Source: the human T2T-CHM13v2.0 reference genome, Homo sapiens. From it: DNA of 64,000 nucleotides. Location of the stretch: assembly GCF_009914755.1 (NCBI RefSeq), contig NC_060937.1; one strand, given 5' to 3'. Every line of letters starts with the position of its first letter. Within the stretch, counting starts at the first letter, position 1. Below, piece after piece: positions 1 through 15,780 of the stretch. Under the pieces are notes generated by a model. That model searched no databases and had not been told where the DNA came from. It saw only the letters and a program-made list of their open reading frames with translations. The position numbers and the translations under genes are program-made.

Positions 1-552
1 ATCTGTGCACCTCCTCTAATAATCACTTCTAATTTTATAGAGTAGCTTTAATAAGCTAAGACTTTTTCCTGCAGATGTATTTACAGCATCGATTAAGTAG
101 AGTGTTTGGAGTTTTGGGTGGGAGCAGCCACATAGTCTCTGTGTGATTTCTTCAGCTATAATCATCAGCAGTGTCTGAGATTTCCTCAGTGGCTTAGGCT
201 GCAGTTGTTTGTGGAGGCTTTGGTATGACTTTCATAGTGATGAAGATGAAGAGCCAAACCCAAGGTGGGTCTGTCCTTGAGCCCAAGTGGCATGTATATG
301 GATACCAGCAGGCCCTAGTCACATCAGTCCTTCATCCCCGGGGCAGCAAACATAGGTTCTGGGAAGACTAGTCCTTGGGCCCCTGGGGGTTGTACTTGGG
401 GAATGGCAGTAACAGTCAGGTGGCACATGTGATCGTATGGCAGTCCCACACTGGAGGTGGCGAGGTCGCTATTGGACAAAATTGGGAACTTGATAAGAAA
501 GAAGAGTGTAGCAATGTGTTTTGGTAGATATGTAAATCACTAAAGGTAAAGT

Positions 553-762
553 TCAAAATCTGAAATGCTCCAAAATCTGAAACTTTGAGTATCAAGATGA
601 CACTCAAAGGTTATGTTCAAAGGAAATGTTCATTGGAGCATTTCAGATTAGAGAGATTTGGATTAGAGGTGCTCAACCCGTAAGTATTATGCAAACATTC
701 CAAAATCTAAAATACAAAACACTTCTGGTCCAAAGCATTTCAGATAAGGGATATTCAACCTG
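553..762. mobile_element. Tigger4/MER46-like MITE
   Basis: Contains TCTGAAATGCTCCAAAATC and ends GGGATATTCAACCTG followed by TA. Confidence 0.75.
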
Positions 763-1072
763 TATATTACAATTATATATTTTGGTACATAGCATGAGGT
801 AAGAATCAAATTTTCCATTTTTCAAAACATTTGATATTTCTGTGTCATTTTATATAATTAACCATCTTTCTCAACTGATTTTAAGTTACACTTTGATCAT
901 ATAATTAGTGTCTAGATAAGTTATTTCTATTTTTCTGGGCTACTAGTTCTGCTACATTATTCTCTGTGCTACTGTTAACACTGCTATCACCCTGTCTTAA
1001 GTACTATAGATTTATGATACGTTTTATTCATTGGCTGTTCAAATTATTTTTCTCCATATCTAAATTTTGTTC

Positions 1073-1387
<315 letters not shown>

Positions 1388-4300
1388 CTCATTTATTTCT
1401 CCACATGAACTTTAGAGCAATCCAAAAGGTCTAAAAATAAAATCCATTTGAACTGTATTTGAATTGCAAGGTAATTGCAAATAGATTCTGAGAGATTTAA
1501 TATCTTGACAATTTCTGAACTTCCTTATCATAAACATGGCATGTGTTTATAATTATTCAACTTAGCACAGTGTTCTTCATACATGACCTGTATATTTTAT
1601 GTTAAGTGTTAGGTATCCAAAGGACATTTGTACTCCTAGGTATTGTGTAGAAACTTTGCCTAATTTTGTATACATGTTTTATAATCAGGATTTTACTTAT
1701 TTTGTCTTTCATTCAGATAAAAAAAATTATTAAGCAACTAAAAAGAGACTGTGTTAGGCAACAAAGATACAATGCTAGACAAGATAGAGAAATTCCTTGC
1801 CTCAAAGAATTTAAGGTCTAATAGAAGTGACTATAAAATAAATGACAATTATAATACATGGATGTATTAGTGATGTTATAGTGAAAACTACACAAGAATA
1901 AAGAAGAGCACCCTAACTATGCTTGTCAAAAATAATCCTTTTGGGATAAATACCTAAGCAAAGCTTGAAAGGAAAAATGAGTCAGCCAGGTAAGAAGGTG
2001 GGGGTATGTGGGAAAGACACAACAATAGAAGAATAGTATTTGAAGGTGTAAAGGTGCAAAAACTCTAAAGGCACTGAAAGACTTGAAGATAATAAGAACA
2101 GAAAATATTAAACAGAAATAAATGACACCAGAAATGAGTCAGGTACCAGATCACATAAGATATTTTAAGCCAGGCTAAGACATTTGGATTTTATTCTCAC
2201 ACTAATGAGGAGCCACTGAAGATTTAAGCACATGAGACATCAGGATAACTATATTTTAGGAAAAACTCAGGCTAAAGAAGGTGGATTAGAAGAATGGCAA
2301 AAATTACAATAGAAGGGCAAGACTGAAGGAAGTTACAGTAATCCAAACGAAAGTAAATGGTACCTTCACCAAGGGCAATAACAACAGGGAAGGAGAGTGT
2401 GGATGAGTTCCAAAAGTTGATTCTGTAGTGGGAAATAGACTAATTATTGATCCAGCCCAAATTTGTCTCTTGAACTCCAGACTTGAATAACCAACTGCTC
2501 CCTCTCAACATCTTTATTTGGATGTCTAATGAGCACCTGTACTTAACATGCCCAAAAGCAAACTCCTGACATATACGTGCCTACCTCCATATCTGCTCTC
2601 CCAACTATTTTCTTCAGCTTAAAAAATGGGAATGTTCTTTTTGCTATTTTCAAGTCAAACGCTTGAATTTTGCTACTATTCCCCTCACGATAATATCCTA
2701 TCCATCAGTGAATCTAGTCGATTCTAACTCCAAAATATTCACTAAAGTAATCACTCCTCACCATTGCCCTGGCTACAATTTCTCTTTTTGTGGCCAACAT
2801 ATTTTTTCACCTGGACCACAGCCGGTTTCTAACTAGTCTCCTTGCTTTCAGGCTTGACTAGCTGTAGTCTCTCCACTACAGTGCAGCAAATGAATCCTGT
2901 TAAAAACTTAGTGGCAAAGCCTTCCCTTACTGCCTTATATAGAAAGCAAACTCTTCACCTGGTGTTCTCTATCACCATTGTTCTGACTTTTTTCTCCTTC
3001 AAAGCACTTACTCCTTACATATCATAAATTTGATATTGTCCCTCTTCCTCCATTAGAAGATAAGATCCTTAGAGGCAGAAACTTTGATTGTCACTATATT
3101 CTTAGCACCAGGATTAAAGCCTGGAACACATCAGGTGCTCAACAAATATCTTTTGGATGGACATACATGTGGTCACTTGTGTGTATGTATGTATGAATTG
3201 GCAGAGTAAAAGAGAATAAAGAGGATACTCAGGCTTAAGCAATCAGATAGATGATAATGATGATGTTTATTTAGATAAACGATGGTGATGTTTATTTAAT
3301 TCAGCAACAATTGAGGAACAGGTTTGGACTAGTCCAGTTTAAAACATGTTCAGTTACAGAAGCTCTTGTATATCCACATTAGTCATGTACAAGAGGCAGC
3401 TGGACATACAGATGTGGAGAAGAGAAAATGGGAATGATGATACAGGTATCAATCCTAGTAACTACTCCACTAACTGTCACAGGTTTTCCAGATACCATAT
3501 AACAACACTTTCATCTCCTTATTCCCAGAATTTAAAACTTGTTTCTGGTCTTGTTGTATTAGTTAAAATTTTCAGATGAAGGCTAATAAAAAAGTTAGTA
3601 GGATTCCCTTCCTTAACCTGACCAAATAGCAATCCTCAACTTCTCAGAAAATGTATACATTTTATTTTCTTGTCTTTATTCTTAAGAGCAGACTGTAACT
3701 TTTTAAAATGTTTACTTTTCTCATCATTATCAGTATCCTTTTACATTCTGAAACATTTCGTAGTCTACCTAAAGAAAAACGTCAAAGACACAAGTAACCG
3801 TAAATTTTAAATCACATTTACTGAACCCCTATTAAGTACTGCACTGAAGGCTTTCTGTTTCCGTTTCTTATATAATTCTCATTATAGTCATCCTAATACT
3901 ACTACTAGTATCATTGTCATCATCATCATCACAATAAGGAAAAATAACGCTTAGGGTAATTTTAAGCAATAAATCTGATAAAAGAATGATGACCACCTGA
4001 CTTGGACTCCAATATTCTTTTCACTATCTATGAAGTATGTTAGGTGTCACAGTTTAAAAAAAAACAAATACAAGCAACCTTCACCACTTCAACCTCCAAA
4101 TAAGACACTGATATAATTTAACCAATTCTACCTTTTGAAAATAAAAATGACAAATTAGACTCACTTAATTTAATGTATCAGCATACTCAGGATGGTGAGT
4201 ATATACCCAGTAAGGTAATCCTCTTCTACCATCTTCACTGCTATCATATAGTCATAGGATTGTTGGGACAAAGGATCAATGGAACTTAGATAGTGAGAAT

Positions 4301-6538
4301 ATGGACAAAGGGATACAAAGAAGCAGAACTGCCTAAGAGAGAAAACAACAGAAATTTTAAAACCAAAAGAGAAATACTTTTTTGTTGATATGAAGCCAGA
4401 TAATGAGTCTATTATACAAAAAGATTGATTTGGAAAAATCTTTCATATTGAGAGATAACAAAAGTTTTGTTTGTTTTTTATTTTTTAATGCAATCAGGGC
4501 TGCATCAGTGGAAAACCAGCAAAAATGTTTTATGCAAAGACCACTGATAAAGCCGCACATAAATGTTGGCAACAATAAGGATGAATTAAAAACAAATGAG
4601 AATAAAGGAGGACATTTAGTGAGAATGAAGTTTTTGTACAAAATACTATTTCTGCTAGCCATGCTGGCAATACCTCTGGTAAAATACTAGCATGCCTGGA
4701 GGAAGGGCAGGGTCCTCTGTCTGGGAACTCAGGCCTGGAATCCTGACAACAGGTTCTACATCCCAGCCTGCCACATGCTAGTAGCTAAACCTCATTATGG
4801 CTGTGATTGCTCACCTATGATATAGGGATACTGGCCCTCTATGAGTAGTTGTGAAAATGAAATGAGATGATAAATACCTTCATGTAACCCTCCCCCTGTG
4901 GTGACAAAGAAGAGTACGATCAGAGTCCATAAACACAATTTAGCATTCAAGAGTAAAGCACACTTCAGGCTCAAACCCATGAATCGGTGGAGCTACTCTT
5001 CTAAAGCCAGTACAAAATACACTTACTCTGAAAGACTAGATTTTCTCAAATATAACATGAAACTCTGAATCATAAAGTCAGATTATTAGTGCCATCTATA
5101 CTTGTGATCTAGCTTTGTTGCCATTAGAGTTTTGTGTTTAATCTTACTTCCTAGAGATGCTGTGTAAGGCTCCATTTTTCCAAGAGAAGATTAATACCGT
5201 TCAAAAACTGTTCTGATCACTAACACAGCATATGCAGCATTTTATAAGGGTTTTATGTCAGAATGAAGTCAAAGATGACAAAAGTTTCTATGTTGCCAAG
5301 AGCCATGAACTGAAAAAGTCTCTTTTAATTACATTTTCTCTTCATTCTTTTTCTATTTTCAAAGTTTCAAAAATAGTAGCAAAATTATGTAAAGAATATC
5401 ATTTCAAAATCCTTTCTTTCATACTAAATTTTCCATTTAAAAATCATAATTCCATGTCACATGGTTATACATATTATTCCAGTTCATTTTCCATTATGTA
5501 CTAATCAGATTGATTAAAAATATAGCTTTTTAGGAGTAAGATTTCATATAAATGTTATCATACATTATTTCACCATTGCAAAAGAAAAAACACCTCAGAA
5601 TATGCAGTCTTAAATGTTTTAGTAGTTAGTATAGGCATAAAAGGTAATAAAAACCAGTTTTCTCTTTCTATAACTGAGTATTTTAAATCAGTAAATGTTA
5701 CTAATAAGTGTTTACTCTGCTTTTGTTGGTGCTCCCTGGTTAAATGTATCTTATGACAATAGGCACTTAAAATATTAAGCCTTTTAAGTTTTTTTCTGGT
5801 ATGCCTTTAGCATAGATATTATTAAATTTTACATGTTAATGTTTATAATAAATTACCTTTCTAAATAGACTGTAATTACACTAGCCTTAAGAGTATGAAA
5901 ATAAGTATATCTGAATAAATAAGCAAGCATTCTTCTCTATGACACAGAGAGAAGATAATAAATTCAACTCAACTAAAAAAATAAAGTAAGCAAAATAATT
6001 TACCTAGAAAATGAAAAACACCAGTCCCTGACAGTCTTCAAATGGGGAGATATCTATGAATTACTTGCATAATGGCTGTTATTTTTCTTTGCCTTCTAAC
6101 TCATGAGATTCTAAGAGGCTGATAAAGAGTATCAAAATTTGAAAGATACAAATTTTTGAACCAGAACGGCCCTTCAGTATGGACTTTAACCACCTCATTC
6201 TATAAATCAGGAAACCTAAGCAGAGAATATAAGCTACATGCTGAAGGTGGCACAAGGCTTGGCTATGAGCAGACCTGAGACCAGGAACTGACCACCACAC
6301 AGCAAGCCTAGAGCATCCTCTGGGACATGGAATTTGCATGAGGAAAGCAGTCTGCAACCAAGCACATTAGAAAGGATAACTCCCCACACTTTGCATTTAC
6401 ACTTGATCCAAATTTTCCCTTGCTGTACATGTTCACCAGGACAGTTAGTGGAAACTGAATAGGCCTGAGGGAGGGAAGAGAAATGTTTAGTCTCCAGAAC
6501 ACAATAAACAGGATTTAAAGCTTTGGGAAATAACTACA

Positions 6539-6812
6539 CAGTTGACTCTTGAACAACACGTGCTTGCACTGCACAGGTACACTTATATGCAGGTATTTTT
6601 CAATAAATGTAGTCAGTTTTCCATATTGACAGACTCCCATTTGCAACCAAACACAGACTGAAACTACAGTATTCTCAAGAAGCAAAGCCTGTGGATATGC
6701 AAGGTCAACTGCAGGCTGGGCAGAACCAACTTTAGGACTTGAGTATGTGTGGATTTTAGTATCTGTTGGGTTCCTGGAAATAATCCCCTGCAAATACAGA
6801 AGGATGACTCTG
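6539..6812. mobile_element. TcMar-Tigger MITE (MER2/Tigger2 group)
   Basis: Starts CAGTTGACTCTTGAACAACAC and ends with a decayed TIR. Confidence 0.7.
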
Positions 6813-8398
6813 GTTCCAAAGGAAAAGTCAAGAATGCGCCTATCACTACCTCTCAAGTAGTGGGTAACTTTGCTTTGGATAGGGTTCAGTTATTCAGCAA
6901 TATAGTAGAATGGAATACACTTGATAAACTTAAAGGTCAGAAATGGAGAATAGGCAAACGACTGAGAAAAAAACTAAATTTCTGAGAGTTAACAATATAG
7001 GTGGTTGATAGGACAATATGGTTTCAAAGAAGGTTTAGGTAGCTCAAAAGCAAATGATACAGAATACATAGGAAAAAAAGTCAAAAAATTTGGAATGTTT
7101 TTATGAGATGGCAATAGACCGTTGGGAAAATATCGAAGTAAATGCTTTGGTATTGAAAATCACATTGTATAAATCACTTTAGTCATATCTGGCTTCCCAA
7201 ACCAAGTTTTAATATTTCTAGGCACATAAATAAATGGGTGTGTACCTAACTACATAGAAAATAATCAGTGGAGAAACAGATAGGCTATTTTTCTATTCAA
7301 ATACTAATATATGACTGCCATAACTAATCAGGATATTTTACTAGCAAAAAGAAGTCTGTTTGACAATTCAAGGCTAAGAATTATATAATATATAGGAAGA
7401 GTAGCTGAAGCCCTAAATAAAATTTTGTGAAACAGATTATTTCAACTGTAGCAATCATAAAAAATGTAGCAGATAAATGCGTATTTCTCTTTCTGTGACA
7501 TTCTGTTTTAGCAGACAATGTCACAAAACAAACAGTCTTGAAGGTCTTTTTTCTGCAAGTCAAGTCCTACATGGACAGGAATAAGAATCTCACTACTTAA
7601 TAAACCCTTCATTATGGGTATATCTAGATTTTTTTTAGCCATAGTCATATGTACAAAAGAACTGTTAAAGTATCGGGAAATACCTTGTTAAAAAACTTAA
7701 AGTACATACCTCAAAACAATAAAGATTTTTACAAAGGCTACCTAAAGAATGCTTCCCCTACCTCTTTAATCCTATATGAAATTAAAAATCAAAATATTTC
7801 ATAAAAACTGCTTAATATCCAAGGACCTTCTAAATTATAATAATTAGCAACTTTGCTCATCTCAAAAGTACGACCCCTACAAAAAGAACCATTTTATTGA
7901 GGTCTCCTTGGGTATAATCACCCCCTCATAACCAAAGATTTAACTAGCAGAAAAACAAGAGTTCAAATCAAATAAAATATTAACACCATTCAAAATAACA
8001 GATGAAACAACTTTTTAAATTCACAAGCTGTGGATTAGGGAGAAAAATAATCCTGAAAAGTTAAGCCTATCTATCACATATATCTTAGTGTTAACTGGGT
8101 TCATTACAATTTGAGATGAGCTCTGACTGAATAGATCTAAGGACTGAGAGAAGAAAGTAAAAGATATCAGGAAAGAGAGTTCAAAACCCGACTGAAGGAA
8201 AACTGAATCCTGTTCTAACATCATCTATCTTGGCTCATCACAACTTCTCCAGAAAACATCCATAAATTTTTATGTGCCCTCAAAATCTCACCACCATAAG
8301 AAATACTTCTAGTATCTGGCCCCTGTGAATTCTTCTTGAATGTTGGTGTTTCCCAGTCATGGAATCATACATGTATATTCATAAAAATTAATTTGTCC

Positions 8399-8781
<383 letters not shown>

Positions 8782-9844
8782 TTACAAAACCAACTCTGAA
8801 AGTTAATGTATGACATACGAAGACATATACAAAAGAAAGTACAAGAGAGGAGAAAAGTCATGAGTGAGAACTCAGTGTACATTCCTAATTTAGAAGAACT
8901 AAATCCAAATGATAACACAGGTAATTCAGGATCTCTAGCATGGTGTCGAATGGAAAGAGTTGATAAACCAGCTTACTAGTATTTGTACACACAATGCTAA
9001 GCAACTTGAGACTAGAAGAAGTAACAATACATTATATTAACAAACAGATAAAAAGCAATGCCACATTAAATCATAGGCAGACCATCCTGGCATATTCCTG
9101 GGGAAAACAGAACACAATCATCAAAACAGCCAGAGTGATTATCCAAAACTTGATAGAAGAGAAGTGATCTGACACAAAAATGACCATTATTCCAAAATAC
9201 TGAAAAAGAATTGACTGACAGCAAAATGGTCAAGCTTAAGTAGTAGAATTTTACAATAAACTTACTTCTATATTTGATGACAGCATGCCTATAATTTTGT
9301 GATCTTGTTTTGGGAGGTGGGGAGGCAGGGGAGGGGACGGGAAGCAAAAAAAGAAAGAAAATGCTTTATTGTGTGGGGAATGGAGTGTGGGTGTGCCAGG
9401 GTAGAAAAGAGGAGGAGAAGGTAGAGACAATACCTAGGTATTTGTTCAACTGAACTCAACTTTTATTATCTGGACTTTCTGATACGTAGTTATCCTGTCT
9501 CTCTCTCTCTGCTTTTACGTTCTTGTTTTTGATAGCTCAGTTGGGAATTCAAGTCACTTGCCCAGTTTCTCAGTTATTAAATCTTTATTTCTCTGTGCTC
9601 TAAGAATAATGCCCCAGTTAGCATTCCAGATCATTCTGGTCTCCAATTGGTCTAGCTAATTGGAGTTCCATTATTTGCCTGATCTGTGTTCTAGAATAAA
9701 CTATTCTGTGCTAGTTTCTGTCCCCACAATCTCCTGAATTTGGAATTTTTATTAATCTGGGCTGTTAAAATTTGTAGTTCTATGTTATCTTACCTTCTGG
9801 CTGGAGCTTGTGTTGTGTACATCCTATATAGCTATTTATAACAC

Positions 9845-10140
9845 CCGGCTTGCAGTGGCACAGGCCTGTAATCTCAGCACTTTGGGAGGCCAAGGCTGGA
9901 GTATTGCTTGAGGCCAGGATTTCAAGACCAGCCTGGGCAACAAAATGAGTACTCATCTCCACAAAAAACGTAAAAATTAGCTGGGCATAGTGGTATGTAC
10001 CTGTAGTGCTAGCTACTCAGGAGGATGAAGTGGGAGGATCACTTGTGCCCAGGAGTTTGAGGCTGCAGTGAGCTAAGATCATGCCACTGCATTCTAGCCT
10101 GGGCAACAGAGGCAGACCTTGTTTGGAAAAAAAAAAAAAA
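9845..10140 (+). mobile_element. AluJ
   Basis: J-type GCTTGAGGCCAGGA and GAGTTTGAGGCTGCAGTGAGC; poly(A). Confidence 0.9.
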
Positions 10141-10314
10141 TTAATAAAATGCCCAGCTCACATACAGACCTCTTTTCCACTGTACCATCTAACTGCAACC
10201 CAAATGTTCCATATACACTTCCCTAGTAGTATAAGGAGGTGAGGTTAAAGGAAGACTAGCAGGATTCATTTTATATTGTGATTAGAAAATGATATTTTTA
10301 AAAATAATCTTCCT

Positions 10315-10505
10315 GAGAGAGTAGAGAATGGGGAGTTAGTGTTTAATGGGTACAGAGTATCAGCTGGAGAAGATAAGTTCTAAAGACGGATGGTACTGAT
10401 GGATGCACAACGTTAGTGTTGCTAATGCCACAGAACTGTACAGTTAAACATGGTTAAAACGGTAAAATTTTGTTATGTATTCTTAACCACAACATTTAAA
10501 AATAG
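10315..10505 (+). mobile_element. L1MB-type LINE 3' tail fragment
   Basis: GGGGAGTTAGTGTTTAATGGGTACAGAGT...CATGGTTAAAA. Confidence 0.75.
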
Positions 10506-11350
10506 AAAAAAATTTCTTTATGAGGCTTGATTTCAAATCACTCATTTTAATTTGACCTCTTGATTTGAAAATTTATGTAGGAATCATGTAGTTAAAATTT
10601 TGCTTTGTCAAATGAAGAACAAAAATCTAAGTGGCTGTAAAATTAATCAGACCAAACTGGGATCATTTAAAATGTATACGTTCTTTCCCAAGAGGTGTTC
10701 AAAGGCAGAGTTGGTCCTTATTCACTGCACACCTCAAACTTATACATTGGTTTGACTATTTATATAATGATATAGATAATGCTGTTACAAAATAACGATT
10801 TCTCTTCTACCTCTCACCCAGATTACCTCTCCAAATTGTACAAAGAATTTCATTCTTGGGCAATTCAGTGTTTCAAGAACCTAATCGCATTTCTATTTCC
10901 TTGAATACCCAGCTCTCAGATTTCTAAGCTTATAGTAGCCCATATCAATTACTCCGTCATTAAAGGTGCATAGTGATAAAGCCAGGGCAGACTTTTACAT
11001 GAAAGGAAGATCTTCATCTTTTCCTACACAGAAACTGACTCTCTTCAGCTTCTTGTTCTTTGTCGCATAAAGACAGGTGGCACATGGATAATGTATAGAA
11101 TTAGATTCTGGAAAGGAAACCCAAGCCATCCTTATGCTTAAAAGCCTCAAACCATTTACCCAGGACCAGAGACCAGGGAGATGTATTTGGAATATTCAGA
11201 CAAAAGCCAAGTTAACAATGAAATGGCTCTTTATCTAGGTTTGTTGTGGATCCCTGTATATACATATTGACTTATATTGACTAAGGCAAAGTCACCTTTT
11301 ATTTTCTAGTTAAACAATACATATGTATATGTATCTACAGGGAGAATGAG

Positions 11351-11352
<2 letters not shown>

Positions 11353-11388
<36 letters not shown>
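11353..11388 (+). repeat. (GT)18 microsatellite
   Basis: Direct reading. Confidence 0.97.
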
Positions 11389-11390
<2 letters not shown>

Positions 11391-14300
11391 CACTAAGGAA
11401 TCCCACAGGAAAAATGGAGAGCTAAGCCAAGTCAGGATTCAGAAATCCCTGGATGGTTTATAATCCTTCAAGCCCCAACAAAAACTCCAAAGAATATAAA
11501 ATAAGCAATACTTTCATCCCCTTGCCAATGTCCATATTTAAAGTTAGGCTACTTATAAAATGAAAATCTCCCAATGTTTTCGAGCCTGCCCCCACTCCCC
11601 TAAACAATCTTACCTTCAGTGTAACAACCAAATCTGCTATTAAAAAGAACGTACTTAACAGAGCTGTATTGTGAAATGGGGAGCGAGGTAACCTTTCGTT
11701 AATGGGAATGCAGTGGCTTAAATTGTATTAGAAATCTCACTTTAAACTCAATTACTTTACAATTATGTTTGGCCACCTGACACTTGGGCAGAGAAGAATT
11801 AACATCTTAGTGAAGAAGAATCTTTACAAGAACTGAAATATCCCTTACTGTAAACTCCCCAACCTAACTAATTAAAAACTATCTTTAAATGCTTCATGAA
11901 AATGTCAGAAAGTAAAAGTTTTTGTTCAAAAGACATACACCAACAAGCCAACGCAGAACAGAACAATACTAAACAGAATACCTCTGACATCCAGGAACAC
12001 CTATTAATTGGGACTCTGGCTCATGTCAAAATTTCTAATCTCTAAAATGTTTGAATAAATCATATTCATATGCTTAAGACTATTTTACTTCATGTTGGAA
12101 ACATCAAATCTGTATTTCATATAATTTCTTGAATTTCTGTAAGACTCAAATCCTTTTTTTCCCAATTAAAATGGACAGTGGGATATTATCTAATGGACAG
12201 TGGAATATCATCTAATTAAAAAAAATCTCCAATAAGAAACCATTATTTCCAATAAGAAAACTAACCCATAAGAGGCTAAGGGCCTGGCAAATGAAAATGA
12301 GGACTCTGGACTCTCATTCTTGTGCTGATGCCATCCTGGCCATTCAAAGCCTATCTAGCCCATCAGTAGAAACTGCAAATGTGATGACAGAAGAACTAAA
12401 TGAAATTAAAAGCAGAATGACTAAGATTCATTCTACCCTGCAGAGAAAGTAGAGCCAGATAATAATTGGAGATGATAACTGGAGATTAATATTTTTCTTT
12501 CCTGAAATTTGTCCAATAGCCTTGCCATTTCAGGATCAATGGCATTTATTTCCTCTGGGGAGAAAAGATAAACCCTAGAATAAGAGGTCATTCCTGAGCA
12601 CTGAGTATAAAATTAGATTTCTGTTAATATCTACAGTGAGACAATAGTCTTGAAAGCTATGTGGTTCAATTGCAAAAGCTGGTTACTTACAGGAAAAAAA
12701 ATTAATGCAGTCACAAAACATTCCTTTAACTATATAAAACTGAGAATAGGGCCCTACTATAAGGAGTGGCTAGGAAGGATGCAGCACATGAGAAAAGGAC
12801 AGAGTGTCAGACATAGGGAAGACACAAAAGCCCTTCCTGGGCCAAGAGAGAACTCGCAGGGGATCAGAAGGACAAGATCAGAATTCATATACACCTCTGG
12901 AGGGTGTGCTCTCTTCCTCCTCCCTCATGGTGCAAGGCTGAAGGAGAGCCACCTGGGGAGTAACTCCAAAGAATAACTAAATAACTAAAGAGATATTAGA
13001 GACCCCCAGAGCAGAGGGTATTTGTGGCCAGCTTCCTGTCTGGACCTCCACAGGAAGACCGCCTCACAGAAGCCTCTACCAATATGGGGCAAGCGCTAGA
13101 GACAAAAATAGTGCATAGTATGTTTAGACAAGTGTGCTTGTGACAATATCTTGCTTTGTAAGTGGTTAATGGGAGATGTAAAAGCACTAAAAGAGTCAGC
13201 GGACATATTTTCAAAAAATATTTACTACGTTGCACTAGATTTTTCAAGTAACAACTGAAAAATTCTCATTGGATATAAAATCCCCTGCAACTCAATTAGG
13301 AAAAAAAATGTATACTAGCAGCAAATATCATATTTCATATTTCAAAGAATAAGGCAGCAAAGAAGGATGGCAAAAAAAATCTATTTCTTCCCAATATGTA
13401 CATGCAAAGGCCCAAAGACATTATAACATATAAAACACGTATTTCTATTGACCTATGTAATACCTTATCTCAAATTATCAAATTTAACATCTTATCCCCA
13501 TACTTAGCTCTTTTGGCTTAGTTTCCCAAATACTCATAATGATTTCTCAGCTTTTCACAAGCTGCTCCTTCTAAGCCTGAAGAAGATATATATGATTTTT
13601 CACTTCATCAATTACTTCCATCCTCAAATTTGAGCAAATATTCTTCAGGATAACCATTATACAGATTTCCTTCATTACAAATGAGTGTCCCTTTTGATCA
13701 CAGGCACCATTTGGAATAATTAACTATCAAATATATTGCTTTCTGAATGGAGTTTATTGAATTAATGTAACCCTGTGTATGTAATATACTTGACAAAAAT
13801 TTCTTTCACTTTGAAAAGCTAAGGTCATTTCTAAGCTGTAACTTTAAAAATAAAACAAATGACTCACAGATCTTGCAACAATTTTTTTAGATTCATTTAT
13901 ATTGACTAAGGCAAAGTTGCCTTTTTATTTTCTAGTTAATACACATCAAAATATATAAGGATTTCAAAAAAATCTAAACATGCTATTCCAGCTAATTGCC
14001 ATATTATTCTAGATTTGTCCCCCAGGAAAAGATATTGACTTTTTAAAGTTCATTGTGAAACAATTCAAACAATATAGAAGTACAATTTTTAAAAAGTAAA
14101 GTTTCCCCACACATTAATACAAATATTCCCCAAAGGAAACTATTGAAATGATAGTTATTGTTAACAAAAGCTACTGCTGGTAGCCTTCTGAAAGGCTACA
14201 CATATAAGTGTATAAGGGTGTACATAAACAAAAAAGATGTATACACATGTATACAAATATACAATTGAAGGGTTTTTTTCCTTAATTAAATGAGCTCATA

Positions 14301-15446
14301 CCATATACATTATTTTGCATTTTACTTGTTTCACAAAGCAATAAACCCAGTGTAATTTTCCATGTTCATATGTCTAGATCAACAACATTTGTTTTAACAG
14401 CTTCATAGCATATCACCTGGTACCATAATTTGGCTACATATAATAATTTAGCTATTTTCCTTATTAATGAGCATTTAAGTTGTTTATAAATCTTTGCTAT
14501 CAATATTACTAAAATATTCTTGCATATTTTTCCATATATATATAAGCATTTGTTGCATCTACTTTTAACTGTGCCGATGTAATAATCTCGTTCTCTTATG
14601 AGAAAAGACATATGATCAATTTAACACCGTTAGCACATTTCCTCTTCTATCGAGTCTGAACAAAATGGGCTTTCTGGTTTTTAAAAAAAGTTTATTTTGG
14701 CAGTTTATTTCTTAATGTCAACGAAGATCAGCAGTTTCAAAGAATTGTAGAATGTTAAGCTACCAAGAACTCTTATTTTATAGATATGTAACTAAGGCCT
14801 GGAGAATTGATTTCTCCAAGGCACACAGCTACCTAGTGGTAGATTCAAGACAAGAAATCGGCTTCCTGCTTCTAGACCACTGTTACTGTACCACACTCCA
14901 TTTCCTGGGGAAGGACGAACACAGACACACAGGACCAAGAAAGCCCTGTTAGAACAATAATAGCAACTGGAAATGTAATAGCTCTCAATATGGAGCTCCT
15001 CTGAGGGCTTCCCTGTCATGATAAAGAAAATCTTAATCTATTTCGTTCATTCATTCACTCACTCACTCCCTCCCAAATCACTGAGTTAGGCTCTCTATAG
15101 AAGAATACAGAAAAGTCAAATGTTAAGGCTTGCTCATAAAGAATCTCGGTTGAAATTGGAACAATAAGATGTGAAGATGTGAAGATCTATTGGAACAATA
15201 AGATGTGAAGATATAAAATTATACAATAACATAATCATTTATATAAAGTGAAAAGCATTACAGAGTTCAAGCAAATTCTGATATTTATTCTATCAGAAGC
15301 CCAGTAAAAGTTTATTAAAAGGATAGTAAATTTTTCAATGACCAAAGGCTTTGATTGGCCTCAATTATTTGAGGTCTCACTAATACTTATTAATAATAAC
15401 AATTACTACTATTTCCTTGAGGCCAACCAAGGGAAAAGATGATGGA

Positions 15447-15780
<334 letters not shown>

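Noticed and set aside
4357-5504. AT-rich ORFs of 90-101 aa
   Set aside because: Low-complexity K/F/N-rich translations without splice or homology support, as expected by chance.
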